Assembly: GCA_013373385.1 (NCBI GenBank)
Contig: JABXHX010000021.1
Coordinates: 9,499-73,498 of the forward strand
DNA: 64,000 nucleotides
Source: Flavobacteriaceae bacterium
Lineage (GTDB): Bacteria; Bacteroidota; Bacteroidia; Flavobacteriales; Flavobacteriaceae
Reading direction: 5' to 3'
The position numbers were made by a program, and so were the translations under genes. The notes under the pieces are model-generated. The model had not been told where the DNA came from. It worked only from the letters and a program-made list of their open reading frames with translations, and ran no database searches. How positions within the stretch are numbered: position 1 is the stretch's first letter; each line of letters opens with the position of its first letter. Of the stretch, positions 10,307 to 21,134 are shown piece by piece.

Positions 10307-11980
10307 ATGAAAACATTTAAAACATTTATATACAGTATTCTATTTCTTTCTGTTGCTTCTTGTACAGGAGATTTTGACGAAATAAATACTAAAAAATATG
10401 GTTTCGAGTCTAGCGAATTAAGTGCTAAGTATTTTATTACAGAAACCCAATATCAACTTTATGCACCGAATAGATACCCTTATTGGAGAGCACATCTAAT
10501 TCATGCAGATCGTTTTGCAGGACACTTTACTTTTGGACATGATCAATCATGGTGGTCAGACGGTTTAAGCTATGTTTATAATGGAGGGTATACAGACGCT
10601 TCTTGGGGATGGCTAGCTGGCTACTTTGGTAATGTTAAAAAGTTTTTAGATTTAACTAAAGAAGGTGGTGATTTTGAAAATGAAAAAATGTATGCTACAG
10701 GACTCATTATCAAGTCGCTTTATTACCAAATGTATACAGACATTTTTGGAATGATTCCTTATACAGAAGCTGGTATTGAAGGTAATTTAACTCCAAAATA
10801 CGATGATCAAAAAACCATTTATAAAGGTATTATTTCCGACTTAAACAAAGCAATGACTTTAATTGGTTCAGCTACAAAAACTGGAGATGGTGTAAATGAT
10901 CTAGCAGAAAATGACTTGTATTGTGGTGGTGATTTACAAAAGTGGAAAAAATTAGCAAATACCTTAAAACTAAGAATTGCCATGCGTGCACTTGGAGCTC
11001 CAGGTGATGATTTTGCAAATACCGCAATTACTGAAGCATTGGCTGCACCACTATTAGATGATGGTACAGGAAGTGTTACCATGAAAAAAGATGTTAAAAT
11101 TGGCCAGTGGGGAAGTGCAGCTTACGGAGACGTATGGCATAACTTCGGTGGAGGATCTGACTGGACAATGGGTGCTACTTTAATAAACACTTTAAAAAAT
11201 AGCAATGACCCTAGATTAGCTGCTTATGCAAAAGCTGCTCCAGGTGGTGAGTTTACATTTGACGATGATGGTAGCAATCCTAATTTCCAAGACCAACTAA
11301 ATTTCATCACTACAAATCTAGACAATGCCAATGCTAGCTATACAAAAACAGTTACAGGTACTACTACTAAAATTACTGTTGCTCCTGGGCAATATATCGG
11401 GCAACCAACAAGATTAAACAGCTTGATAAAACCTATGGTAAAATACAATATGTTTAGCAAGCCAAGTGACTTAGTAATTCAAGAAACAGGTAAAGGTACT
11501 GATGCGTACCCAGAAATCATTCTTACCAGTGCAGAAGCATACTTTTTACAAGCAGAAGCGGCAGTTAGAACAATAGGATCTGGAAATGCACAAAGCCTAT
11601 TTGAAAAAGGAATTAGAGAAGCCATGAAATTATGGAAAGTACCTAGTGGTGATGTAGATACCTATATTGCGACACAAGCTGCAGCAAATATTTCTGCGGG
11701 TACAATGGCAGAAAAACTAGAAAAAATAGCTTTACAGCGTTGGTTGGTTAGCTATACAGACGGATTTGAAGCTTGGGCTGTTGTAAGAGATTACGGATAT
11801 CCAACAGAATTAGCTGTAGGTGTTTCTGACGCAAAAATATTTGAATTAGGAACATTAAATGGTAAGTACCCACAACGTATGAGATACGGAAGTGGCGCAC
11901 AATCTAACCCTAATTACACACAGGCCATTGGCACTCAAGGCTCTGATGAACAAGGAACTACTTTGTGGTTTGCAAAATAG
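10307..11980 (+). CDS. SusD/RagB family nutrient-binding lipoprotein
   Basis: Lipobox VASC, WKKLANTLKLR, AEAYFLQAEAA, IALQRW, YPQRMRY; directly after susC. Confidence 0.9.
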   Translation: MKTFKTFIYSILFLSVASCTGDFDEINTKKYGFESSELSAKYFITETQYQLYAPNRYPYWRAHLIHADRFAGHFTFGHDQSWWSDGLSYVYNGGYTDASWGWLAGYFGNVKKFLDLTKEGGDFENEKMYATGLIIKSLYYQMYTDIFGMIPYTEAGIEGNLTPKYDDQKTIYKGIISDLNKAMTLIGSATKTGDGVNDLAENDLYCGGDLQKWKKLANTLKLRIAMRALGAPGDDFANTAITEALAAPLLDDGTGSVTMKKDVKIGQWGSAAYGDVWHNFGGGSDWTMGATLINTLKNSNDPRLAAYAKAAPGGEFTFDDDGSNPNFQDQLNFITTNLDNANASYTKTVTGTTTKITVAPGQYIGQPTRLNSLIKPMVKYNMFSKPSDLVIQETGKGTDAYPEIILTSAEAYFLQAEAAVRTIGSGNAQSLFEKGIREAMKLWKVPSGDVDTYIATQAAANISAGTMAEKLEKIALQRWLVSYTDGFEAWAVVRDYGYPTELAVGVSDAKIFELGTLNGKYPQRMRYGSGAQSNPNYTQAIGTQGSDEQGTTLWFAK

Positions 11981-12007
11981 TTTTGAGAATTATTTGATTT
12001 AATCATT

Positions 12008-12040
12008 ACAAGCGAGGATACAAATTCTCGCTTGTTTTTT
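12008..12040 (+). terminator. Intrinsic terminator after susD
   Basis: ACAAGCGAG...CTCGCTTGT stem followed by a T tract. Confidence 0.75.
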
Positions 12041-12095
12041 ATAGGTGATTTTCTGTTTTTAGTCGAAATAAATTTTACTTATTTTTCTTAGAAAC

Positions 12096-12103
12096 TACTT
12101 TTG
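12096..12103 (+). promoter_or_regulatory. Bacteroidota -7 promoter element upstream of nagB
   Basis: TACTTTTG matches TAnnTTTG, 22 nt before the ATG. Confidence 0.5.
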
Positions 12104-12125
12104 ATATATACAATTTACTCATAAA

Positions 12126-14060
12126 ATGAACACACAGTTTACAATCGCTAATCCTCAAAGAATAGTACATCAACCAGCAGGTCAGTTTGAAGAAACAAGG
12201 TTTGAAAAAATTCACAATGTAATCTTTAACAACTCTAAAGAAGCCTCTGTTATTGTTGCTCAAGAAATCGCTAATTTAATTCTTACAAAGCAGCAAGAAA
12301 ATAAACCCTGCGTGTTAGGTTTGGCAACAGGTTCATCACCAATAAAGGTGTACGAGGAATTGGTTAGAATGCATAAAGAAGAAGGCTTAAGTTTCTCTAA
12401 TGTCATCACATTTAATTTAGATGAATATTATCCGATGGATAAAGAAAATATTCAAAGCTATTTTTATTTTATGCACGAGCATTTATTCAATCATATAGAT
12501 ATACTGCCTGAAAATATTAATATTCCGGATGGAACCGTACCTATAGAAGATATTTATCAATACTGCATAGATTACGAAATGAAAATTAAAGCTGCTGGTG
12601 GTTTAGATTTTCAGCTGTTAGGCATTGGAAGAACGGGTCATATTGGGTTTAACGAACCTGGTTCACATTTTAATTCTAGTACGAGAAGCATTACCTTAGA
12701 CCATGTTACAAGAGTAGATGCTTCCCCTGCTTTTTTAGGTATAGACAATGTTCCTAAAAGGGCTATTACTATGGGAATTGGTACTATTAGAAATGCAAAG
12801 AGAATCGTATTGTTAGGTTGGGGTATAAACAAAGCAAGTGTTATTAAAAAAACTATTGAAGGAGAAATTACATCAGACATCCCTGCTACCTATTTGCAAA
12901 GACACAACAATACAACGATTGTTTTAGACGAAGAAGCCTCAGATAAACTAACAAGAGTAAAAACTCCTTGGGTTGCTTCTTCTTGTGTATGGTCAGAAAA
13001 TCTTAAGAAAAAAGCCATTATTTGGTTAAGCGAGAAATTAAAAAAACCTATACTAAAATTAACAGATAAAGATTACAACAACAATGGCATGTCTGGTCTG
13101 CTATCTGAACATGGTTCTGCATACCATTTAAACATAGAAATGTTTAACAACATTCAACACACCATAACTGGTTGGCCAGGAGGAAAACCCAACGCAGATG
13201 ATACCAAAAGACCAGAACGTGCAAATCCTGCCAAAAAACGAGTGATCATTTTTAGTCCGCATCCAGATGATGATGTGATTTCTATGGGAGGTACTTTTGA
13301 TAGATTAGTAGAACAAGGGCACGAGGTACATATCGCTTACCAAACCTCTGGGAACATTGCTGTATCTGATCAAGATGCTTTAAAATTTGCAGAAGTTACC
13401 AAAGCATTTGGCGTGAACGACAATACAATTGATAAGGTAATCACAGCGCTACAAACAAAAAAAATGAATGATAAAGACATCGTAGAGGTTAGAAAGTTAA
13501 AAGGAACTATTCGTAAATACGAGTCTATGGCCGCAACAAGATATCTTAATTTACCAGATAGCAATGTTCACTTTTTAAATTTACCTTTTTACGAAACTGG
13601 CACGGTAAAAAAAGACAACTACACAAAGGTTGATATTGACATAATTAGCAATTTAATAGATAAGATTAAACCTCATCAAATCTATGCTGCCGGAGATTTA
13701 GCAGATCCTCACGGAACACATAAAGTGTGTTTAGATGCCATTTTTGAATCGTTAAGAGAACTCAAATCAAATTCATATATGAAAGACTGTTGGGTTTGGC
13801 TCTATCGTGGTGCTTGGCATGAGTGGGAACCGCATGATATAGAAATGGCTGTACCTATGAGTCCAGACCAAGTGTTAAAAAAACGAAATGCCATTTTTTT
13901 CCATCAGTCACAAAAAGACCGCGTAATGTTTCAAGGTGATGATTCAAGAGAATTTTGGGTAAGGGCAGAAGATAGAAACAGACTAACAGCAGAACGTTAC
14001 AACAACTTGGGGCTTGCCAATTATGCAGCTATAGAAGCTTTTAAGAGGTATCATTTTTAA
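12126..14060 (+). CDS. nagB: Glucosamine-6-phosphate deaminase, long Bacteroidota form with a C-terminal PIG-L-like domain
   Basis: LGLATGSSP, FNLDEYY, LLGIGRTGHIGFNEPGS; C-terminal FSPHPDDDVISMGG and DPHGTH motifs. Confidence 0.95.
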   Translation: MNTQFTIANPQRIVHQPAGQFEETRFEKIHNVIFNNSKEASVIVAQEIANLILTKQQENKPCVLGLATGSSPIKVYEELVRMHKEEGLSFSNVITFNLDEYYPMDKENIQSYFYFMHEHLFNHIDILPENINIPDGTVPIEDIYQYCIDYEMKIKAAGGLDFQLLGIGRTGHIGFNEPGSHFNSSTRSITLDHVTRVDASPAFLGIDNVPKRAITMGIGTIRNAKRIVLLGWGINKASVIKKTIEGEITSDIPATYLQRHNNTTIVLDEEASDKLTRVKTPWVASSCVWSENLKKKAIIWLSEKLKKPILKLTDKDYNNNGMSGLLSEHGSAYHLNIEMFNNIQHTITGWPGGKPNADDTKRPERANPAKKRVIIFSPHPDDDVISMGGTFDRLVEQGHEVHIAYQTSGNIAVSDQDALKFAEVTKAFGVNDNTIDKVITALQTKKMNDKDIVEVRKLKGTIRKYESMAATRYLNLPDSNVHFLNLPFYETGTVKKDNYTKVDIDIISNLIDKIKPHQIYAAGDLADPHGTHKVCLDAIFESLRELKSNSYMKDCWVWLYRGAWHEWEPHDIEMAVPMSPDQVLKKRNAIFFHQSQKDRVMFQGDDSREFWVRAEDRNRLTAERYNNLGLANYAAIEAFKRYHF

Positions 14061-14077
14061 ACAAAAAAACACAAACT

Positions 14078-16096
14078 TTGAGAAATTTTATTTTTGTCAT
14101 AATCCTTAGTTTATTGTCAAAGTATGCCATTTCACAGCAGCATACTTCTGAACAACTAAACCTTATGCCTTGGCCAAAATCTATCATTACTACAACCAAT
14201 AAATTTGTTGTTACCAACAACTTTAAAATTCAAATAAGCAACAAAGACCAAGGAAAAGTAAATTATGCTGCTACTAAATTTCTTAGAAGGTTATCTAACA
14301 GGACAGGTATTTTTTTAAAAGAAGGATTTCCGTTTAAAAAAGATAACAACTCTGCATTAAAAATTACTTTTGATACAGTTGCACAACCAAGCTTAGGAGT
14401 TGATGAGTCGTACACACTAGAAGTAAATGCAACTAATATTCAGCTAAATGCAAAAACAGACATTGGTGCTATCAGAGGTTTAGAAACCCTATTACAGCTA
14501 CTAAAAACAACAGCAAATGAATCTTATTTTACAGGTACAAAAATTAACGATGCTCCAAGGTTTTTATGGAGAGGGTTGCTAATTGATGCGGCAAGACATT
14601 TTCAGCCAGTAGCTGTAATTAAAAGAAACTTAGAAGCAATGGCTGCTGTTAAAATGAATGTTTTTCACTGGCATTTAACAGATGATCAGGGCTTTAGAAT
14701 AGAATCGAAAGTGTATCCTAAACTCCACAAACTAGCTTCTGATGGGCTCTATTATACACAACATCAAATTAAAAATGTTGTAACCTATGCAACACGTTTG
14801 GGAATTCGAGTAATTCCAGAAATAGATGTTCCAGGACATGCTAGTGCTATTTTAACTGCATATCCTGAGTTAGGTAGCAAGGATAATTACACGTATTCAT
14901 TACAGAGAAATGCAGGTGTGTTTGATCCAACACTAAACCCTACTATTGATAAAACGTATAAGTTTTTAGAAAATCTGTTTACAGAAGTTTCCTCTCTTTT
15001 CCCAGATAAATACTTTCATATTGGCGGTGATGAAAACGAAGGAAAACATTGGACAGAGAATAAAAAAATAGCAGCATTTAAGAAAAAACATCAACTTAAA
15101 ACCAACCACGATTTACAAACCTATTTTAATATTAAGCTAGAAAAGATATTATCAAAACTTGGTAAGAAACTGATGGGTTGGGATGAAATTATGACAAAGA
15201 ATATGCCTACTACAGCTGTAATTCATTCTTGGAGAGGCACAAATGAAGGCTTAAAAGAAAGCACCTTAATTGCTGCTGCAAAGAAAGGATATCCAACGGT
15301 TTTATCAAACGGTTATTATATAGACAGAATGCAATCGGTTGTGCATCATTATAAGGTAGATCCAATAGGTAACGCAAAACTAACCCCAGCACAGAGAGCT
15401 AATATTTTGGGTGGTGAGGCAACCATGTGGGGAGAACTCGTTACTCCACTTACAATAGATTCTAGAATTTGGCCAAGAACTGCAGCTATTGCAGAACGCT
15501 TTTGGTCGCCAAAAAATGTAACAGACATAGACCATATGTTTAAAAGATTGTCAGTTGTTAGTTTTCAGTTAGAAGAACTTGGCATTACACATATTAGAAA
15601 TAAAGATGTGATTTTAAGAAATCTTACACAAAATCAACCTACTAAATCTCTTGAAGTATTAAGTGCCATTTCAGAGCCATTAAAAATTTACACAAGAAAT
15701 GCCGGCGGTACAGAATATCAAACTTATTCTCCGTTTACATTATTTGCAGATGCTTGTACTGCAGATGCACCAGATGCATTACAATTTAACAGCTATGTTA
15801 ACCAGTATATTACGCAACCAACAGTTAAAAAAAAACAGCAGCTAACGTACTTTTTTAAAAAATGGATAAGTGGTTATAAAGCATTTCAAGAATTAAAAAA
15901 TAATACAAAGCTTCAAAAAATTGCACCTTTATATAAAAATTTAAATCAAGTTTCAGGCTTGTTTTTAAACGCATTAAAATCAGGAAAAAGCAATGCCGAA
16001 CTTACAAGTGCACTAAAAAAACTTAGTAGACCAGTAGAAGATGTTGAAATTGTAATTGTTAATGCGTTAGAAAAACTTAACAAATCCTTTCAATAA
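14078..16096 (+). CDS. Beta-N-acetylhexosaminidase, glycoside hydrolase family 20
   Basis: WRGLLIDAARHF, FHWHLTDDQGFR, PEIDVPGH, HIGGDE catalytic pair, GGEATMWGE, WPRTAAIAERFW. TTG start. Confidence 0.93.
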   Translation: MRNFIFVIILSLLSKYAISQQHTSEQLNLMPWPKSIITTTNKFVVTNNFKIQISNKDQGKVNYAATKFLRRLSNRTGIFLKEGFPFKKDNNSALKITFDTVAQPSLGVDESYTLEVNATNIQLNAKTDIGAIRGLETLLQLLKTTANESYFTGTKINDAPRFLWRGLLIDAARHFQPVAVIKRNLEAMAAVKMNVFHWHLTDDQGFRIESKVYPKLHKLASDGLYYTQHQIKNVVTYATRLGIRVIPEIDVPGHASAILTAYPELGSKDNYTYSLQRNAGVFDPTLNPTIDKTYKFLENLFTEVSSLFPDKYFHIGGDENEGKHWTENKKIAAFKKKHQLKTNHDLQTYFNIKLEKILSKLGKKLMGWDEIMTKNMPTTAVIHSWRGTNEGLKESTLIAAAKKGYPTVLSNGYYIDRMQSVVHHYKVDPIGNAKLTPAQRANILGGEATMWGELVTPLTIDSRIWPRTAAIAERFWSPKNVTDIDHMFKRLSVVSFQLEELGITHIRNKDVILRNLTQNQPTKSLEVLSAISEPLKIYTRNAGGTEYQTYSPFTLFADACTADAPDALQFNSYVNQYITQPTVKKKQQLTYFFKKWISGYKAFQELKNNTKLQKIAPLYKNLNQVSGLFLNALKSGKSNAELTSALKKLSRPVEDVEIVIVNALEKLNKSFQ

Positions 16097-16171
16097 GGTT
16101 ATTAAATGTGGTTAAACTAAGCATCTTCTCATTTGATGCTTAGTTTTTTTAAAGTTAAAAACAACGTAATT

Positions 16172-17050
16172 ATGCATTTCAAAAACATCTTGTATTTTTT
16201 TTGTACTTGTACCCTTCTATCCTCTTGTCAAAAAAAACTAAAAAATAATAGCTCAGATTTCACCAAAGAATTTGAATTTACAAAAGGTATTGAAGGTCCT
16301 GCTGTTGACAGAGATGGAACATTATATGCTGTAAATTATAAAGAAGAAGGTACCATAGGTAAAGTAGCTGCAAACGGAAAAGCGAGTTTATTTATCACCC
16401 TACCTAAAGGCAGTATTGGCAACGGAATCCGTTTTGATAAAAATGGCACGATGTACATCGCAGATTATACCAAACATTCTATTTTACAAATTAAAAAAGG
16501 CGAAACTACTGTTCAAATTTACGCACAAGACACAACAATGAATCAGCCGAATGATTTGGCAATTGCACCTAATGGAATCCTTTATGCTAGTGACCCAAAT
16601 TGGGCTAACAATTCAGGTAATTTGTGGATGGCAAGAAACAATCGCTTGGTTTTATTAGAAAGTAATATGGGCACTACAAACGGAATTGAAGTTAGCCCTA
16701 AAGGTAAATTTTTATATGTAAACGAATCTGTACAGCGCAAAATTTGGAGGTATGAAATAGACGCGAATAACAAACCAAAAAACAAAACGCTTTTTACTTC
16801 TTTTACCGATTTTGGTTTAGACGGAATGCGCTGTGATGCAAAAGGAAATCTTTACGTTTGCAGATATGGTAAGGGAACCGTGGTAATGCTTTCTACAGAA
16901 GGGAAAATTATAAGAGAAATACAGCTAAAAGGCACAAAACCATCTAACATAACCTTTGGTGGCAAAAATCTACAACAATGCTTTGTTACCATGGCAGACA
17001 GAGGTAATTTTGAAACTTTTACGGCAGAATTTCCAGGTAGAAGCTTTTAA
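16172..17050 (+). CDS. SMP-30/gluconolactonase family lipoprotein
   Basis: IEGPAVD, QPNDL, TNGIEVSP, LDGMRCD propeller motifs; lipobox LLSSC when started at 16172. Confidence 0.88.
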   Translation: MHFKNILYFFCTCTLLSSCQKKLKNNSSDFTKEFEFTKGIEGPAVDRDGTLYAVNYKEEGTIGKVAANGKASLFITLPKGSIGNGIRFDKNGTMYIADYTKHSILQIKKGETTVQIYAQDTTMNQPNDLAIAPNGILYASDPNWANNSGNLWMARNNRLVLLESNMGTTNGIEVSPKGKFLYVNESVQRKIWRYEIDANNKPKNKTLFTSFTDFGLDGMRCDAKGNLYVCRYGKGTVVMLSTEGKIIREIQLKGTKPSNITFGGKNLQQCFVTMADRGNFETFTAEFPGRSF

Positions 17051-17081
17051 AAAAAGCTGTCATTATCAGTAATAACATTTG

Positions 17082-17089
17082 TATTTTTG
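17082..17089 (+). promoter_or_regulatory. Bacteroidota -7 promoter element for the pabB-like gene
   Basis: TATTTTTG matches TAnnTTTG, 7 nt before the ATG at 17097. Confidence 0.6.
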
Positions 17090-17096
17090 CGCTCGT

Positions 17097-18395
17097 ATGC
17101 AACGGATAGAAAAAAAATTTACTGTAAATTCAATAGACGATTTTAAATCTAATCTACTTACTTGGGCACAGCAATATGAAGCCATTTCTTGGTTAGATTC
17201 TAATCAATACAACCAAAAATACACATCATATGATGCCATCTTAGCTGTAGAAGAATTTACATCGATTAAAACAGATGCTGTCAATGCTTTTGATAAATTA
17301 AAAGAATACCAAACAACTACACAAGACTATATTTTTGGGTATTTAAGTTACGATTTAAAAAACGATGTTGAACAGTTAAGTTCTAACAATTTTGATGGAT
17401 TAGGCTTTGCCGACTTGTATTTTTTTCAACCACAACGTATTCTTTTTATCAAAGGAAATACTATTGTGTTTTCGTATCTAAAAATGATTGCTGACGAAAT
17501 AGACACAGATTTTAATACAATTCTTCAAACAAAACAATCAGCCGCTAAAAAAACTAATAATGAAATTAAGATAAAACTTAGAATTCACAAAGATGAATAT
17601 CATCAAAAAGTGGCTGCAATTTTACAGCATATTCGCCGTGGAGATATTTACGAAGCTAATTTTTGTCAAGAATTTTACGCAGAAAATGCCGATATCTGTC
17701 CGTTAGAAATATACCAGCAGTTAAACAAAATATCAGAACCACCGTTTGCCACTTTTTTTAGATGTGAGCATCAGTTTTTATTATCTGCATCTCCTGAGAG
17801 ATATCTAAAAAGAGAAGGAAATAAAATTATTTCTCAACCAATAAAAGGAACAGCAAAAAGATTTATAAGTACAGTTGATGATACACAAGCAGCCTTTGAT
17901 TTAGCGAGAGACCAAAAAGAACGTTCCGAAAACATTATGATTGTAGATTTAGTACGTAATGATTTGTCTAGAACTGCAATTAAGGGAAGTGTTAAGGTAG
18001 AAGAACTGTGTCAAGTATATTCTTTTAAACAAGTGCATCAATTAATTTCTACAGTAGTATCAGAAGTAACACCTGGCACAAATTCTGTAGATATAATCAA
18101 AGAAACTTTTCCTATGGGGAGTATGACGGGTGCTCCTAAAATATCTGCAATGGAAATCATAGAAAAAGAAGAAGAAACCAAAAGAGGATTGTATTCTGGT
18201 GCGGTAGGATACTTCTCTCCTACCGGAGATTTTGATTTTAATGTGGTGATTAGAAGCATACTATATAACCAAAAAAACAAGTATCTTTCGTTTTCTGTTG
18301 GTGGTGCAATTACCGCAAAATCTACTCCAGAAAAAGAATATGAAGAATGTTTATTAAAAGCAAAAGCGATGAAACAAGTATTGTTAAATGAATAA
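17097..18395 (+). CDS. pabB: Aminodeoxychorismate synthase component I / anthranilate synthase component I family
   Basis: GDIYEANFC, SPERY, PIKGT, KERSENIMIVDLVRNDL, FPMGSMTGAPK, YSGAVGY. Start taken at MQRIE. Confidence 0.82.
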   Translation: MQRIEKKFTVNSIDDFKSNLLTWAQQYEAISWLDSNQYNQKYTSYDAILAVEEFTSIKTDAVNAFDKLKEYQTTTQDYIFGYLSYDLKNDVEQLSSNNFDGLGFADLYFFQPQRILFIKGNTIVFSYLKMIADEIDTDFNTILQTKQSAAKKTNNEIKIKLRIHKDEYHQKVAAILQHIRRGDIYEANFCQEFYAENADICPLEIYQQLNKISEPPFATFFRCEHQFLLSASPERYLKREGNKIISQPIKGTAKRFISTVDDTQAAFDLARDQKERSENIMIVDLVRNDLSRTAIKGSVKVEELCQVYSFKQVHQLISTVVSEVTPGTNSVDIIKETFPMGSMTGAPKISAMEIIEKEEETKRGLYSGAVGYFSPTGDFDFNVVIRSILYNQKNKYLSFSVGGAITAKSTPEKEYEECLLKAKAMKQVLLNE

Positions 18396-19683
18396 ACGCA
18401 GAATACTTTTTCTTTTTTTTATATTGAGCAATAGTGTTTTTTCTCAACAACTCACCTATGGTAATCCATCTGAAGTACAAATGGATTCGCTTTATATACA
18501 TACAAAAGTAGATTCTATTTTAAACGATGCCATTCAGAAAAAAGCCTTTCCAGGAGTACAAGTATTGGTAGCAAAAAATCATACAATTATTTTTCATAAA
18601 GCTTATGGATATCACACCTATGATAGCATCCAAAAAGTACAAACAACCGATGTGTATGATATTGCCTCTGTAACCAAAATTTTAGGCCCTTTACCTGCCC
18701 TAATGAAATTGTATGACGAAGGCAAAATTGATTTAGACACGCCTTTTTCTACCTATTGGAAACCTTGGAAAAGAAGACAGGCAAAAAAGCAACTTAGCTT
18801 GAGAGAAATCTTAGCCCATCAAGCCGGATTGCAATCGTATATTGCCTTTTTAAAAGAAGTTCTCAGAAAAAACAAAAGCTTAAAATCTCGTTTTGTAAAA
18901 AGTGCACTAAAAAGAAGATATACACATCAGGCCTACAACAATATGTTTATCAAAGATAGGTTTGTACATAAAATGTACAGACATATCAATCGATCTAAAG
19001 TAGCAGCAACAAAAAACTACAAGTATTCTGGTGTATCATTTCTGTTATTTCCACAAGTAATTACTGATATTACCAAGCAAGATTACGAGCGTTATTTACA
19101 AAAAAGTTTTTACGAGCCTATCGGCGCTAATACCTTAGGTTATTTACCTACAACAAAAAAATGGCAAGCCAATATTGTTCCTACAGAAATAGATTCGCTC
19201 TTTAGAAAAGAGCTTGTAAAAAATTGGGTACATGATGAAAACGCTGCGTTAATGGGTGGTATTTCTGGCAATGCAGGTTTATTTGGTAGCGCAATAGATT
19301 TAGCAAAAATGATGCAGATGTATTGCAACTATGGCTATTACAACATGAAACAATACATTTCTGAACGTACCGTAAAAGAATTTACCAACATTCAGTTTCC
19401 AAAAAACAACAACAGAAGAGGTTTAGGTTTTGACAAACCACTTATTGGCAATGACACTTTACCCATACACAAAGCCTACCCCGCACCAGAAGTGAGTAAA
19501 GAAAGTTTTGGTCACTCTGGCTTTACTGGAACGTTTGTTTGGGCAGATCCAACTCACAATTTAGTATTTATCTTTTTATCAAATAGAGTGTATCCAACAA
19601 GGAATCAGAGAAATATTTACAACTTAAATATTAGACCAAAAGTGCAGCAAGTATTTTATCAAGCCATGCGAAAATCAAAATAA
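18388..19683 (+). CDS. Serine hydrolase, beta-lactamase/class C-like
   Basis: SxxK (ASVTK), YxN-like YKYSG, VHDENA, GHSGFTGT; signal peptide. Confidence 0.85.
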   Translation: MNKRRILFLFFILSNSVFSQQLTYGNPSEVQMDSLYIHTKVDSILNDAIQKKAFPGVQVLVAKNHTIIFHKAYGYHTYDSIQKVQTTDVYDIASVTKILGPLPALMKLYDEGKIDLDTPFSTYWKPWKRRQAKKQLSLREILAHQAGLQSYIAFLKEVLRKNKSLKSRFVKSALKRRYTHQAYNNMFIKDRFVHKMYRHINRSKVAATKNYKYSGVSFLLFPQVITDITKQDYERYLQKSFYEPIGANTLGYLPTTKKWQANIVPTEIDSLFRKELVKNWVHDENAALMGGISGNAGLFGSAIDLAKMMQMYCNYGYYNMKQYISERTVKEFTNIQFPKNNNRRGLGFDKPLIGNDTLPIHKAYPAPEVSKESFGHSGFTGTFVWADPTHNLVFIFLSNRVYPTRNQRNIYNLNIRPKVQQVFYQAMRKSK

Positions 19684-19688
19684 TACCC

Positions 19689-19696
19689 TAGCTTTG
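19689..19696 (+). promoter_or_regulatory. Bacteroidota -7 promoter element for tilS
   Basis: TAGCTTTG matches TAnnTTTG, 6 nt before the ATG at 19703. Confidence 0.6.
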
Positions 19697-19702
19697 CTTT
19701 TT

Positions 19703-21010
19703 ATGGTACAAAAATTAAAAGAACATATTGCTACTCATTTTTCTTTTTTAAAAGATAAAAAATTACTGATTGCTATTTCTGGCGGAGTAGATAGTATGGT
19801 TTTGACGCATCTCTTTGCACAATTAAACTACACCATTGTATTGGCACATTGTAATTTTAAATTACGAGGAATCGATAGCGACGCAGATGAATCTTTTGTA
19901 AAATCGCAGGGTAAAAAACTAGGCTTAACAACATTTACGACTCAGTTTGACACTGAAAAAATTGCTAAAGAAAAAAAACTTTCAGTACAAATTACAGCCA
20001 GAGAATTACGCTACAACTGGTTTCAAGAATTGGTATATGACAATGGTTTAGATTATATTGCAACAGCACATCATGCTGATGATAATTTAGAAACTTTTTT
20101 AATCAACCTAACTAGAAAAACTGGGCTTGAGGGACTCACCGGAATTCCGCCAGTAAACAATAATATTATCCGACCGCTACTCCCTTTTTCACGTGATGAG
20201 ATTGAAGCCTATGCACAAAACAACAAGATTGAATGGAGAGAAGATAAGAGCAATGCTTCTACCAAATATCTAAGAAATAAAATTAGACATCAAGTAGTAC
20301 CTGTCTTAAAAGAAATCAACCCCAACTTATTAAACTCATTTCAACAAACACTCTCAAATTTACAAGGTTGTCAAGAAATTATTAACACAAGCATTTCTAA
20401 AATCAAAAAAAAAACGTTTGATACTTCAAAAAATGGAATTGTAAAAATTGACATTTCGGCTTTTAACAAACTTAAAAATCCGAAACCTTATCTTTTTGAA
20501 CTTTTAAAAACGTATGGCTTTTCGGAATGGAATGATGTTTCTAACTTATTAACTGCTCAATCAGGGAAAGAAGTAGCTTCAAAAACACATCGTCTATTAA
20601 AAGATAGAGAAACACTATTGCTTACCCAACTAAAAAAAATTGATCAAGAAGTGTATTTTATTGAAAAAGACACAAATTCTATTAAGAAACCGCTACAATT
20701 AAATTTAGAGTACAATCCAACTAAAACCACTTTTGATGTTAACACGATTTATATTGATACCGCAAAAGTAAAGTTTCCGTTAACAATCAGAAAATGGAAA
20801 GTGGGCGACTATTTTTATCCGTTGGGAATGCAAGGGAAAAAGAAAGTTTCTAAATTTTTTAAAGACCTCAAATTTTCTGCCATAGACAAAGAAAACACTT
20901 GGTTGTTGTGTTCTACCAATCAAATTGTTTGGGTTATTGGGCATAGGCAAGACAAACGATTTACCTCTAACAATAATAACTTGGCAATACAAGTTGCTGT
21001 TGCTCAATAA
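19703..21010 (+). CDS. tilS: tRNA(Ile)-lysidine synthetase
   Basis: ISGGVDS PP-loop, AHCNFKLR, ARELRY, TAHHADDNLET, IRPLL, RNKIR. Confidence 0.95.
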   Translation: MVQKLKEHIATHFSFLKDKKLLIAISGGVDSMVLTHLFAQLNYTIVLAHCNFKLRGIDSDADESFVKSQGKKLGLTTFTTQFDTEKIAKEKKLSVQITARELRYNWFQELVYDNGLDYIATAHHADDNLETFLINLTRKTGLEGLTGIPPVNNNIIRPLLPFSRDEIEAYAQNNKIEWREDKSNASTKYLRNKIRHQVVPVLKEINPNLLNSFQQTLSNLQGCQEIINTSISKIKKKTFDTSKNGIVKIDISAFNKLKNPKPYLFELLKTYGFSEWNDVSNLLTAQSGKEVASKTHRLLKDRETLLLTQLKKIDQEVYFIEKDTNSIKKPLQLNLEYNPTKTTFDVNTIYIDTAKVKFPLTIRKWKVGDYFYPLGMQGKKKVSKFFKDLKFSAIDKENTWLLCSTNQIVWVIGHRQDKRFTSNNNNLAIQVAVAQ

Positions 21011-21134
21011 TCTATTGATTTACTTAAAATTATGTTAATTTTTTTTGGCTTTTTTAGTAATTAGCACGAAATGATGTTTATTCAAATCAGATTTTGTACT
21101 TTTAGCTCTTATTTAAAATCAAACAACAGAAATT

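Noticed and set aside
12126-14060. NagB fused to a PIG-L-like domain as a novelty
   Set aside because: This long form is common in Bacteroidota.
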